Source: Clostridiales bacterium UBA1248
GTDB lineage: Bacteria; Bacillota; Clostridia; Oscillospirales; CAG-272
Direction: 5' to 3'
DNA length: 47,468 bases
NCBI GenBank assembly: GCA_002308615.1
Contig: DBWC01000047.1
Location: 1 to 47,468, forward strand
Positions 1-7,426 of the stretch are shown here, piece after piece; position 1 is the stretch's first letter, and the number at the start of each line of letters is the position of its first letter. Made by a program: the position numbers and the translations under genes. The notes beneath the pieces were generated by a model. It did no database searches. It was not told where the DNA came from and worked only from the letters and a program-made list of their open reading frames with translations.

Positions 1-1049
1 GGCTTTTTGCCGTAGTAATATACGAAAGTGTCGAGATAGCTTACGGTATAGAACGCCGGAAGCTCCTGCAGAAGATACGGATGCTCAAAACCCGAGAAAT
101 CCACGAATCTGTTGTCCACGCGGATGATGCTTCCGTCAAGCGTATACGTGTTCTCCATATACGACGGCGTAAGAGAGCCGTTCAGCGCCCAGTCCTTCGC
201 CTGAGTTTTTACACAGACCGAATCCGCGTCTATCTCAAGATCAATAAGACGCGACGGAGTCCCCGCGACGTCGCCGCCCTGTACCGGGTTGTAGTTCCAT
301 TTTGCGCCGTTGAACACGCCGGGATCGTATACGCCTTCGATTTCCGGCGTGCCGTAGTACGACTGCTGTACGAGTCTGCCGGTGTCGTGCTGGTTTATCA
401 GGTTCTCAAGCCCTTCGACCTTGCAGCGCTTGTCCGATATATACGATATTCCGCCGCCCCACGCAAGCCTGATGCCGAGGCGCAGATCGCCGTTTTCGAT
501 ATAGAAGTTGCCGTCCGCGTCGGTCGCGGGGAGCTGCACGCTTTCGGTCGTTATTTTTCCGAGCCCGAAACCGTACGTCCCGGGCAAAAGCGGAGAGACC
601 TCCGCGTAAGCTATCCCGTCAGCAGATCCGCCGGACAAAAAGCCGCTGATCAGACCGCGGAAATCCCCGTTTCCGGAAGCTTCGAGAAAGAACCGCTCGA
701 CTGACGTTTCATCGCCTTTTTTCAGCGCGACGTCTATCACGCACGGCGCAGTGCAGCTGTATCCGATCCGGATGCGGTTGAAAGGAGCGCCGGCTTTCAC
801 GTCTGTCAACGTGAACTTTACGGTTCCGTCCGAATAATACATACCGTCCCTTTCTTCATATTTACCCGATACCTCGTATATTTTCCCCTCCGCGGTCACG
901 GCGTCCGTATCCGTAACGGGCACGCTTTCCGTATCCGTAACGGGCGCGGTTTCGGTTCCGCCCCCGCATGACGGCAGTGTTATGAGCGCTGCCGCGGCGA
1001 GCGCCGGCGCGAGAAACTTTTTTATTGTTTTTGAAACGTTCGTTTTCAT
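1..1049 (-). CDS. Secreted lipoprotein of unknown function (3' end runs off the window start)
   Basis: Absent from the ORF track because it is cut by the window edge. Minus-strand ATG at 1047-1049 with GGAGG 6 nt upstream (1056-1060). N-terminus MKTNVSKTIKKFLAPALAAAALITLPSCGGG is a signal peptide plus lipobox Cys, followed by a Thr/Glu/Asp-rich linker. The frame stays open to nt 1 (~349 codons). Family not recognised. Confidence 0.8.
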   Translation of the reverse strand, partial: MKTNVSKTIKKFLAPALAAAALITLPSCGGGTETAPVTDTESVPVTDTDAVTAEGKIYEVSGKYEERDGMYYSDGTVKFTLTDVKAGAPFNRIRIGYSCTAPCVIDVALKKGDETSVERFFLEASGNGDFRGLISGFLSGGSADGIAYAEVSPLLPGTYGFGLGKITTESVQLPATDADGNFYIENGDLRLGIRLAWGGGISYISDKRCKVEGLENLINQHDTGRLVQQSYYGTPEIEGVYDPGVFNGAKWNYNPVQGGDVAGTPSRLIDLEIDADSVCVKTQAKDWALNGSLTPSYMENTYTLDGSIIRVDNRFVDFSGFEHPYLLQELPAFYTVSYLDTFVYYYGKK

Positions 1050-1084
1050 ACGTCGCCTCCCGGTCAACCTGTTCTCCATTATGT

Positions 1085-1113
1085 ATTCTACCATATATTT
1101 CCGGTATCGTCAA
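1085..1113 (-). promoter_or_regulatory. sigma70-type promoter of the lipoprotein gene
   Basis: Minus strand TTGACG (1108-1113), 17-nt spacer, TAGAAT (1085-1090) with TG just upstream of the -10. It lies ~35 nt upstream of the ATG. Confidence 0.5.
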
Positions 1114-1153
1114 GAGCGTATCCGTTACGAGCGGTTAATTTTATGATAACGAA

Positions 1154-1177
1154 AACGGCGCCGCGCGCGGTGCCGTT
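1154..1177 (-). terminator. Intrinsic terminator at the islet/core boundary
   Basis: Minus strand AACGGCACCGC..GCGGCGCCGTT hairpin (about 11 bp including one G.U) followed by TTTTCGTT. Confidence 0.55.
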
Positions 1178-1260
1178 GCATATCGCGTTTTATTCGGTCT
1201 TCATCGGGAAAAGCCTGCAATATAGCTTTTTTCGTAGTTTGCAAAAATAGCTTCTATTGT

Positions 1261-1440
1261 TCACTCTCTTTTATCCTGTTTCGATTCAAACATTTTTATC
1301 CTCCGGGGTCTCTCTATCGAGTTCTATTTCGACTCAAACCAGAGGCTTTTTTCTGATTCGATTCGGAATCAAATTAGAATCTTCCATCTTCTTCTGATTC
1401 AGAACTCTATCTCCTAATTCGGAGTTAAAACAGATAAATA
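1261..1440 (+). repeat. Diverged inverted copy (foldback arm) of the ~165-nt module
   Basis: The outer end ACTCTCTTTTATCCTGTTTCGATT (1263-1286) mirrors the outer end of the core copy (revcomp of 1604-1631). It shares ordered words with 11861-12050: GATTCAAAC, GACTCAAAC/GACTCGAAAC, TTAGAATCTTCC/TTAGAGTCTTCC. Confidence 0.45.
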
Positions 1441-1479
1441 CGGAATATCTTCGTCGTTTTCTCTTCAAATTCTGATTTT

Positions 1480-1636
1480 ATCGGATCTTTTTCGGATAAG
1501 AAAAAGACCCTGTTTTCACAAGGTCTTTATTGGATTTATTTGGATTTTTCTCTTTAATTCTTTCTCGATTCAGATTCGGAACAGGATAAAATGGAGTGAA
1601 CCAAATCGGGGGGAAAGAGGATAAAGAGAGTTGGAC
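1480..1636 (-). ncRNA. Candidate small RNA / conserved repeat module, copy 1 (family not recognised)
   Basis: Aligns by eye over ~155 nt with 11682-11850 and 12099-12260. It ends in the hairpin AAAGACCTTG-TGAAAA-CAGGGTCTTT (1503-1528) plus a T-run on the minus strand. Its 5' part is CU-rich (CTCTCTTTATCCTCTTTCCCCCC). A promoter lies upstream (next feature). The track ORF 1478..1678 is not conserved as an ORF in the other copies. Confidence 0.4.
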
Positions 1637-1666
1637 GGAGACATAGTATATAGACCTTGTACGGTC

Positions 1667-1695
1667 AGTATAACTCATTAAACCGGATTTTTCAA
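1667..1695 (-). promoter_or_regulatory. sigma70-type promoter upstream of module copy 1
   Basis: Minus strand TTGAAA (1690-1695), 17-nt spacer, TATACT (1667-1672). It lies ~30 nt upstream of the conserved core. Confidence 0.45.
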
Positions 1696-1833
1696 GCGGT
1701 TTTGACCGAAATATACGAATTGTTTACAAACAGATATATCGACCGGTAAAAGGGCATGGCAATTATCCACATCTTTAATAGGGCCGTTTCCTGATTCATT
1801 TATGCTATTATTCACTGTTCCTTATCATTTAAT

Positions 1834-2175
1834 TTAGCTTTCTTTATTCTTATTTTCATCGCTGTATTTATATATTCCCCGATGCACATAATAGTCTTTT
1901 AGCTCTTGGCACTGATCGTCCGACAGAATTCTCTCTCGTATACAGAATCTGATCTCACAATCGATCTCCGTACGGTAGCAGTCCTCACAATCGCCGTCTC
2001 TTTCGTTGATGCAGATCATGAAATCGTCGATCGCTTTTTCCAACTCTTCCGGAATCGGATAAGAAATATTCAGTTTTTTATACGGGACGTTATGCGGATT
2101 AAAATAGCCTTTTTTATTCGCTGTGTAAACCGTTGTTGTTTTTTCCTTGTTAATCTCCGGCAAATTGCTGTTCAT
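1834..2175 (-). CDS. Hypothetical small Cys-rich protein (113 aa)
   Basis: Complete ORF with GGAGAAAC RBS 8 nt upstream of the ATG. It has six Cys residues in a DGDCEDCYRTEIDCEIRFC...C region. It is AT-rich relative to the flanks. No family recognised. Confidence 0.65.
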   Translation of the reverse strand: MNSNLPEINKEKTTTVYTANKKGYFNPHNVPYKKLNISYPIPEELEKAIDDFMICINERDGDCEDCYRTEIDCEIRFCIRERILSDDQCQELKDYYVHRGIYKYSDENKNKES

Positions 2176-2258
2176 TTTTTTTGTTTCTCCTTCAATCTTC
2201 TACTTACAGAATTTTATATTGGCAAATACTGTTCCCGCTTACCTAAAATAGCATACTG

Positions 2259-3005
2259 TCATATCGTATTACCGCCTAAAACCCAGCCGTTGTCACCGTG
2301 ATATATCATCAGTTTCGTCATACCGCCGTCGATACAGAGATTTTCACCTGTTATAAATCCGGCTTTATCGGAGCAGAGGAAAAGCACGGCGGAAGCTATG
2401 TCAAGCGGATTTCCGACTCTGCCGACGGGTTGCTGATACGCGTCGGGACCTTCATATACGCGGTACGCGGTATCTATCCAACCCGGGGATATGGAATTTA
2501 CTCTGATCTTTCCGGCAAAGCTGACGGCGAGCGCGTGCGTCAGAGCCGAAATACCGCCCTTTGCCGCCGTGTAGCTTTCCGTCTGCGGCTGGCTCATTCT
2601 GTCGCGTGAAGATGATATATTGATTATCGAACCGCCGTCGGTAAAATACGGCGCAAACAGTTTTGACAGATAAAACGGAGCCGTAACCCCGACAGAGAGC
2701 GCATATGAAAATTCTTCGTAGGAACACGAATCTATACCTTTCATAAGCGGCGGCGCGTTGTTGATCAGATAATCTATTTGACCGAACTTTGCGATAACGC
2801 TTTCGGCAAAGGCTTCAATCACGGTTTTATCGCCTATATCGCCGATAAAGTGATCTCCGGGCATAGTGTCGATAACAGCAACGGAAGCTCCGTTTTTCTC
2901 AAACTCATCTGCGATACACTTCCCTATACCGCACGCGCCGCCCGTTATTACAGCGACTTTATTTTTAAATTCAATATTCATACGATTTTCCGCTTTCTGC
3001 ATCAC
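2259..3005 (-). CDS. SDR family oxidoreductase
   Basis: TGGACGIG dinucleotide-binding motif, NNA motif, catalytic S...YTAAK, and a PG-W-DT C-terminal pattern. The start may instead be the internal ATG at 2981 (MNIEFKNKVAVITGG). Confidence 0.9.
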   Translation of the reverse strand: MMQKAENRMNIEFKNKVAVITGGACGIGKCIADEFEKNGASVAVIDTMPGDHFIGDIGDKTVIEAFAESVIAKFGQIDYLINNAPPLMKGIDSCSYEEFSYALSVGVTAPFYLSKLFAPYFTDGGSIINISSSRDRMSQPQTESYTAAKGGISALTHALAVSFAGKIRVNSISPGWIDTAYRVYEGPDAYQQPVGRVGNPLDIASAVLFLCSDKAGFITGENLCIDGGMTKLMIYHGDNGWVLGGNTI

Positions 3006-3006
3006 T

Positions 3007-3612
3007 TTATTGTTCGTTTGCTATTCTTATGTATTTGTAAACCGTCCCGCGGGAGCATTCAAGGATCCTTGACATTTCGGTTACGGTCAGTTGATTGTTC
3101 TTATATCTGTTATATGCTTTCCAAAAGTTAGCAGGAATGTCGTCGGCGGTTGTTTGAGGTCTTCCGATCTTTTTTCCTTTAGCGACAGCATTCTTCATAC
3201 CGGATCGTACACGTTCGCTGATGATATCACGTTCCATTTCGGCAAAGACCGCCCACATCATAAGCATACCTTTAGTCATAGCGTCGATATCGTCGGCGCG
3301 GCAATCGACGCAAAAAGTTCCTATTATTAACCGGAGTTTTTTATTTTGGATCAAAGAAAGAATTTCGCAAAGATGCTGCGTTGAACGGGACAGTCGAGAC
3401 ACCTCGGTAGATATGATCGTATCACCCGGCTGAACAATATTAAGGAGCTTTGTAAGCTCAGGCCGATTCGTTTTTGCTCCGGACTCATACTCCCAATATA
3501 TATGAGCGTCATCTTCAACACCGAGTTTTAAAAGATCTCTTTTTTGTCTGTCTATATCCTGTCTCAATTCCGACGTGCTGCACCGTGCGTAACCGTAAAT
3601 AACTCCCACCAA
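3007..3612 (-). CDS. Small serine recombinase (resolvase/invertase family) with C-terminal HTH
   Basis: N-terminal YARCSTSELRQDIDRQ contains the catalytic-Ser motif, followed by STEVSRLSRS, E-helix region FAEMERDIISERVRSG and GRP. The C-terminal HTH is LTVTEMSRILECSRGTVYKYI. AAGGAGG lies upstream, and the GTG at 3607-3609 may be the true start. Confidence 0.9.
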   Translation of the reverse strand: MVGVIYGYARCSTSELRQDIDRQKRDLLKLGVEDDAHIYWEYESGAKTNRPELTKLLNIVQPGDTIISTEVSRLSRSTQHLCEILSLIQNKKLRLIIGTFCVDCRADDIDAMTKGMLMMWAVFAEMERDIISERVRSGMKNAVAKGKKIGRPQTTADDIPANFWKAYNRYKNNQLTVTEMSRILECSRGTVYKYIRIANEQ

Positions 3613-3623
3613 AGCCTCCTTGA

Positions 3624-3685
3624 TGTTTACAAAACGGTATATTTTGTTTTGTGAACATTATACCCCGCTTTTTCGGGTTTTTCAA
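3624..3685 (-). promoter_or_regulatory. Recombinase promoter overlapped by a 12-10-12 inverted repeat (candidate operator / res-like site)
   Basis: Minus strand TTGAAA (3680-3685), 17 nt, TATAAT (3657-3662). The inverted repeat is TGTTTACAAAAC (3624-3635), 10 nt, GTTTTGTGAACA (3646-3657), matching 11/12, and spans the -10 box and 5'UTR. Confidence 0.5.
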
Positions 3686-3984
3686 GGTGTGTATTGTAAA
3701 TAAAAAAGTGTCTTCAAAAAGATTTGTTTTTGTGACGCTTTATTGATTTGATAACATAATAGATAAAACAAGCCGGATTCACTATGACCCGGCTTTTTAT
3801 GTTCGTTTTTTTCTTTGAAATGTCATTAATCAGATTATCATAAGGAGAATTTTTCAAATTGTTTTGAGATATTATAGGATATATACTTGAAAAAAATATT
3901 ATTTGTGATATAATATTAAATGGGTTATAATATAGTTTTGTCTTCAAGCAAAGTGTAGGTATAAATGGTTGGTAGGTATATATT

Positions 3985-4158
3985 GTGGAGTTAATTGATA
4001 ACACTTCCAAAACGCTGAGGGATGATTTGGCAGATGAAATTAAAGAAGGCAGCAAGCTATCGGTTGCAGCTGCGTGCTTTTCTATTTACGCTTTTCAGGA
4101 ACTAAAAAGTGAGTTTATGATTATGATAGAAAATAAAAGTAGAGAAGGAGAACCATAA
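3985..4158 (+). pseudogene. 5' stub resembling the N-terminus of PLD-domain/SF2-helicase (restriction/defence type) proteins
   Basis: A GTG-initiated 57-codon ORF encodes VELIDNTSKTLRDDLADEIKEGSKLSVAAACFSIYAFQELKSE. From memory this matches the conserved N-terminal PLD-like segment of large helicase/nuclease proteins. It then diverges and stops at 4156-4158, overlapping the ATG of the next gene. TATAAT-like boxes lie upstream (3900-3945). Confidence 0.45.
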
Positions 4159-5201
4159 TGAATGTAAGTAAACCGACGCCCGGAAAAGACGGCAACAAGT
4201 ACGTACCTTTTGAAAAGCGTACGGGAGAAAGCTCAACAGTTTTCTTTACGCGCGATCTGTCCGAGAACGGGCTGAAAAAAGTATTTGACAAAGTAAGCTC
4301 GGTGCTGTGCGGAAAAATTGCGGTAAAACTGCATACAGGCGAAGCGCAGGGACCGAACATAATTCCGCGTCCATGGGTAAAGGAGTTGTTCGCCTCACGT
4401 CTGCAGAACGCGTCGATCATTGAGACAAACACGTATTACGAAGGCAGCCGCTACACTACCGAGGCTCATCGTAAGACGCTTGAGATCAACGGCTGGACTT
4501 TTTGCCCGGTAGATATAACCGACAGCGACGGCGTCGCCGTGCTTCCCGTCAAAGGCGGCAAATGGTTTTCCGAGATGCACGTCGGCAAAAGTATGCTTGA
4601 TTACGACTCTCTTCTTGTCCTGACGCATTTCAAGGGGCATATGATGGGCGGCTTCGGGGGAAGCAACAAAAACATCGGTATCGGATGCGCGGACGGACGG
4701 ATCGGCAAGGCGGAGATACATACCGCTGTCGGCTCGGATAATATGTGGAGCATTGCCGAAGAGGAGTTGATGGAGCGTATAAGCGAAAGCACAAAGGCGA
4801 CGATAGATTATTTTGCGCCGCACGTCTGCTATATAAACGTTATGCGCAATATGTCCGTTTCCTGTGACTGCGAAGGTCCGGAGGCGGAGCCTGTCGTCAC
4901 GCCGGACGTGGGAATCCTTGCGTCGCTTGATATTCTGTCCGTTGACAACGCGTGTATGGATCTGATATATAATCTTCCGGACGGCGGCGGAAAAGCTCTT
5001 GTCGAAAGGGTCGAATCCCGTCACGGACTGCGTCAGCTCAGCTATATGAAAGAGCTCGGCATGGGCAACGACCGTTATACGCTGATAGACGTTGACAACG
5101 GCGACGCAGTCGTCACAGCCGCCGAAGCGGTAAAAGACGTAAAACCGGGATGGAGACCGGATCGCTATAACACTTTCTTAGGACGCAACAGGCGCGGATA
5201 G
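4158..5201 (+). CDS. DUF362 domain-containing protein
   Basis: AAGGAG RBS. Motifs typical of DUF362: KIAVKLHTGE, ETNTYYEGSRYTTEAH, THFKGHMMGGFGGSNKNIGIGC. Confidence 0.85.
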   Translation: MNVSKPTPGKDGNKYVPFEKRTGESSTVFFTRDLSENGLKKVFDKVSSVLCGKIAVKLHTGEAQGPNIIPRPWVKELFASRLQNASIIETNTYYEGSRYTTEAHRKTLEINGWTFCPVDITDSDGVAVLPVKGGKWFSEMHVGKSMLDYDSLLVLTHFKGHMMGGFGGSNKNIGIGCADGRIGKAEIHTAVGSDNMWSIAEEELMERISESTKATIDYFAPHVCYINVMRNMSVSCDCEGPEAEPVVTPDVGILASLDILSVDNACMDLIYNLPDGGGKALVERVESRHGLRQLSYMKELGMGNDRYTLIDVDNGDAVVTAAEAVKDVKPGWRPDRYNTFLGRNRRG

Positions 5202-5221
5202 GAAACGGAAGGAAAAGTATA

Positions 5222-6103
5222 ATGAGCCGGTGCGAAATTGTGAAGAAGATTATAATTTTGCTGCTTTTGCTCCCTGCTGTAATAAGTATCAGCGCATGCG
5301 GCGGCGGAAACGGAGGCATAACCGAAATGAATACTGATACAACCGGCGACGTGCTTTTGCCAACGACCAGCCAACTTGACGATGAAACAACAGCAAAGCC
5401 GGGATCATATACTCAGATATCTCAGGAAGAAGCCAAAGAGATGATGAAAAAGAACAACGGGCACGTTATCGTTGACGTGCGCCGTCAGGACGAGTATGAT
5501 GAAGGACATATCCCCGGAGCGATACTCATACCAAACGAAAGCATCGGAACGGAAAAGCCGGAAGAACTGCCGGATCTTGATCAGATAATTCTCGTTTACT
5601 GCAGAAGCGGCAGAAGAAGCAAGGAGGCGGCGCAGAAGCTGTTCGATATGGGATATACGCATATTTATGAATTTGGCGGAATAATAGACTGGACGGGAGA
5701 CATTGTGAAAGACGAAATAACTGAACCTGTAGCGCCAACGTGCGTGCTTGTTATAAAAGTCGGAGAAAAGCTGTTTTACGCAAACCTTGAGGACAATTCG
5801 TCTGCAAAGGCGCTTGTTGAAAAACTGAATTCCGGACCGATCACCGTGGATATGCATGACTACGGTAGCTTTGAAAAGGTGGGCGAGCTCCCGTGGGAAC
5901 TGCCGCGAAACGATGAGAATATAACGACAGTGCCCGGAGATATTATCCTCTATCTCGGAAAGCGTATTGTCATTTACTACGACGAGAACACATGGGATTT
6001 CACGCGGATTGCAAAGATTGAAAACACAAGCAAGGATGAACTACTCGCCGCGCTCGGCGACGGAAACGTATCGGTATCGTTTTATCTGGAGTGGAGTGAA
6101 TGA
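5222..6103 (+). CDS. Lipoprotein with rhodanese domain fused to a cyclophilin-like domain
   Basis: Signal peptide plus lipobox (ISISACGGG). The rhodanese core is VIVDVRRQDEYDEGHIPGAILIP...VYCRSGRRS with an active-site Cys loop. The C-terminal half (KVGEKLFYANLEDNSSAKALVEKL...GDIILYLGKRIVIYY) resembles the cyclophilin-like fold family. Confidence 0.85.
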   Translation: MSRCEIVKKIIILLLLLPAVISISACGGGNGGITEMNTDTTGDVLLPTTSQLDDETTAKPGSYTQISQEEAKEMMKKNNGHVIVDVRRQDEYDEGHIPGAILIPNESIGTEKPEELPDLDQIILVYCRSGRRSKEAAQKLFDMGYTHIYEFGGIIDWTGDIVKDEITEPVAPTCVLVIKVGEKLFYANLEDNSSAKALVEKLNSGPITVDMHDYGSFEKVGELPWELPRNDENITTVPGDIILYLGKRIVIYYDENTWDFTRIAKIENTSKDELLAALGDGNVSVSFYLEWSE

Positions 6104-6136
6104 GCCGATGAAAAAACAGATCAAAACAACGATATT

Positions 6137-6760
6137 ATGAAACTATATGAATTCGGCGACGCAGGCGCCGATACCGTTCTTATTCAGCCGGTGGACGATC
6201 ACGACCTTTCGGGCATCGAAAACGAGGTCGCGCTCATCGCCGCGAACTGCGGTAAAAGCTTTCGCCTGATCGCGGTCAAAATCGACAACTGGAATACCGA
6301 TCTTTCGCCGTGGAAAGCGCCCGCCGTGTTTGGAAAAGATGATTTCGGCGGCGGCGCGGAAGAAACGCTCGCGGGAATACTGAAGCTCTGTTCGGACGTG
6401 AGCAAAACGTATTATATCGGCGGCTATTCGCTCGCGGGACTTTTCGCGCTTTGGGCGGCGTACCGGACGGACGTTTTCAAAGGCGTCGCGGCAGCGTCCC
6501 CGTCGATGTGGTTCCCGGGCTTTGCGGATTATATGAATGAGAATGAGATCAAAACCGGCGCTGTCTATCTCAGTCTCGGCGACAAGGAAGAAAAAGCGCG
6601 CAATCCCGTTATGGCGACGGTCGGCGACAGGATCCGCGAGGCGCACGCCATGCTCTCCGGACACGGCGTAAAATGTACGCTTGAATGGAACGAAGGCAAT
6701 CACTTCAAGGACACCGATATCCGCACGGCAAAGGCGTTTTCGTGGTTGATAAAGAATTGA
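6137..6760 (+). CDS. Alpha/beta hydrolase (putative esterase)
   Basis: Nucleophile elbow GYSLAG, with length and pattern typical of small esterases. Confidence 0.8.
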   Translation: MKLYEFGDAGADTVLIQPVDDHDLSGIENEVALIAANCGKSFRLIAVKIDNWNTDLSPWKAPAVFGKDDFGGGAEETLAGILKLCSDVSKTYYIGGYSLAGLFALWAAYRTDVFKGVAAASPSMWFPGFADYMNENEIKTGAVYLSLGDKEEKARNPVMATVGDRIREAHAMLSGHGVKCTLEWNEGNHFKDTDIRTAKAFSWLIKN

Positions 6761-6796
6761 GAGCTCCCGACAAATCGGGATTTGCGGAGGTAATAC

Positions 6797-7426
6797 ATGG
6801 AACTGTACGAAACAATCAATCAAAGAAGAACCGTTAGAGAGTTTCTCGATAAAGAAGTCGATTTTGAAGCAATCAAACGTATTTTAGAGGCGGGCAATAA
6901 AGCACCGACCTGGAACCATAACCGTAACTGGAGCTATATCGTTCTGCGAACCGATGAAGAAAAAGAATACGCTTTCGATTACGCGAAAAAGATGGCGGAG
7001 AAATTCGACGCGGACAGATACCTGAATATGCCGAGACCGTACCCGGTAACGCTCGCGCAGAAAATGTACGGATACGCTGTCCCGAGACAGTTTACGATGC
7101 TGAAAAACGCGCCGTATGTTATCATCCCCGTTTTCAAATGCAAGGAACTGAACGGCGAATACGTTTCCAAACTGAATCCGTTCTCGACGATCTGGTGCGT
7201 GATCGAAAACATATTTCTCGCGGCGACAGCCGAAGGGCTTGGATGCTCCATGAGGATACCGCTGAACGAGGAACACGACATCGTAAAAGCGAAACTGAAA
7301 GTCCCGCCGACGTATATGATCCCCGTTTTTATCGGGATCGGATATACTGACCCGAACGAAACGGTACTTGAACAGAGTTATCCCGATTTGGAGAAACAAC
7401 TGCATTTCGGTAAATGGAAAAAATGA
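6797..7426 (+). CDS. Nitroreductase family protein
   Basis: GGAGG RBS. N-terminal INQRRTVREF, then KAPTWNHNRNW and a C-terminal IGIGY pattern. Confidence 0.9.
   Translation: MELYETINQRRTVREFLDKEVDFEAIKRILEAGNKAPTWNHNRNWSYIVLRTDEEKEYAFDYAKKMAEKFDADRYLNMPRPYPVTLAQKMYGYAVPRQFTMLKNAPYVIIPVFKCKELNGEYVSKLNPFSTIWCVIENIFLAATAEGLGCSMRIPLNEEHDIVKAKLKVPPTYMIPVFIGIGYTDPNETVLEQSYPDLEKQLHFGKWKK

Noticed and set aside
81-1113. Track ORFs 81..704 (+, 207 aa) and 862..1113 (-, 83 aa).
   Set aside because: Both are Arg-rich and lack an RBS. They overlap a far better minus-strand ORF (1..1049) that has an RBS, a signal peptide and a lipobox, so they are antisense/alternate-frame artefacts.
1478-1678. Small ORFs 1478..1678 and 12052..12273 sharing the peptide LSLSSFPPIWFTPFYP..NLNRERIKEKN, considered as a possible conserved micro-protein or type I toxin.
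   Set aside because: The copy at 11682-11850 has the same frame open but no ATG/GTG/TTG. The 12052..12273 ORF starts inside guaA. The upstream parts are unrelated. Conservation is therefore explained by nucleotide identity of a non-coding module.
3035-3043. Third occurrence of GTTTACAAA (reverse orientation) inside the recombinase coding region.
   Set aside because: It is only a 9-nt match within an AT-rich coding sequence (it encodes VYKYI of the HTH). It is most likely coincidental and was not counted as a recombination site.
3714-4055. 113-aa minus-strand ORF in the AT-rich tract.
   Set aside because: It has low-complexity Ile/Ser/Asn-rich composition and no RBS. It overlaps promoter-like TATAAT boxes and a hairpin, so it is an AT-rich chance ORF.
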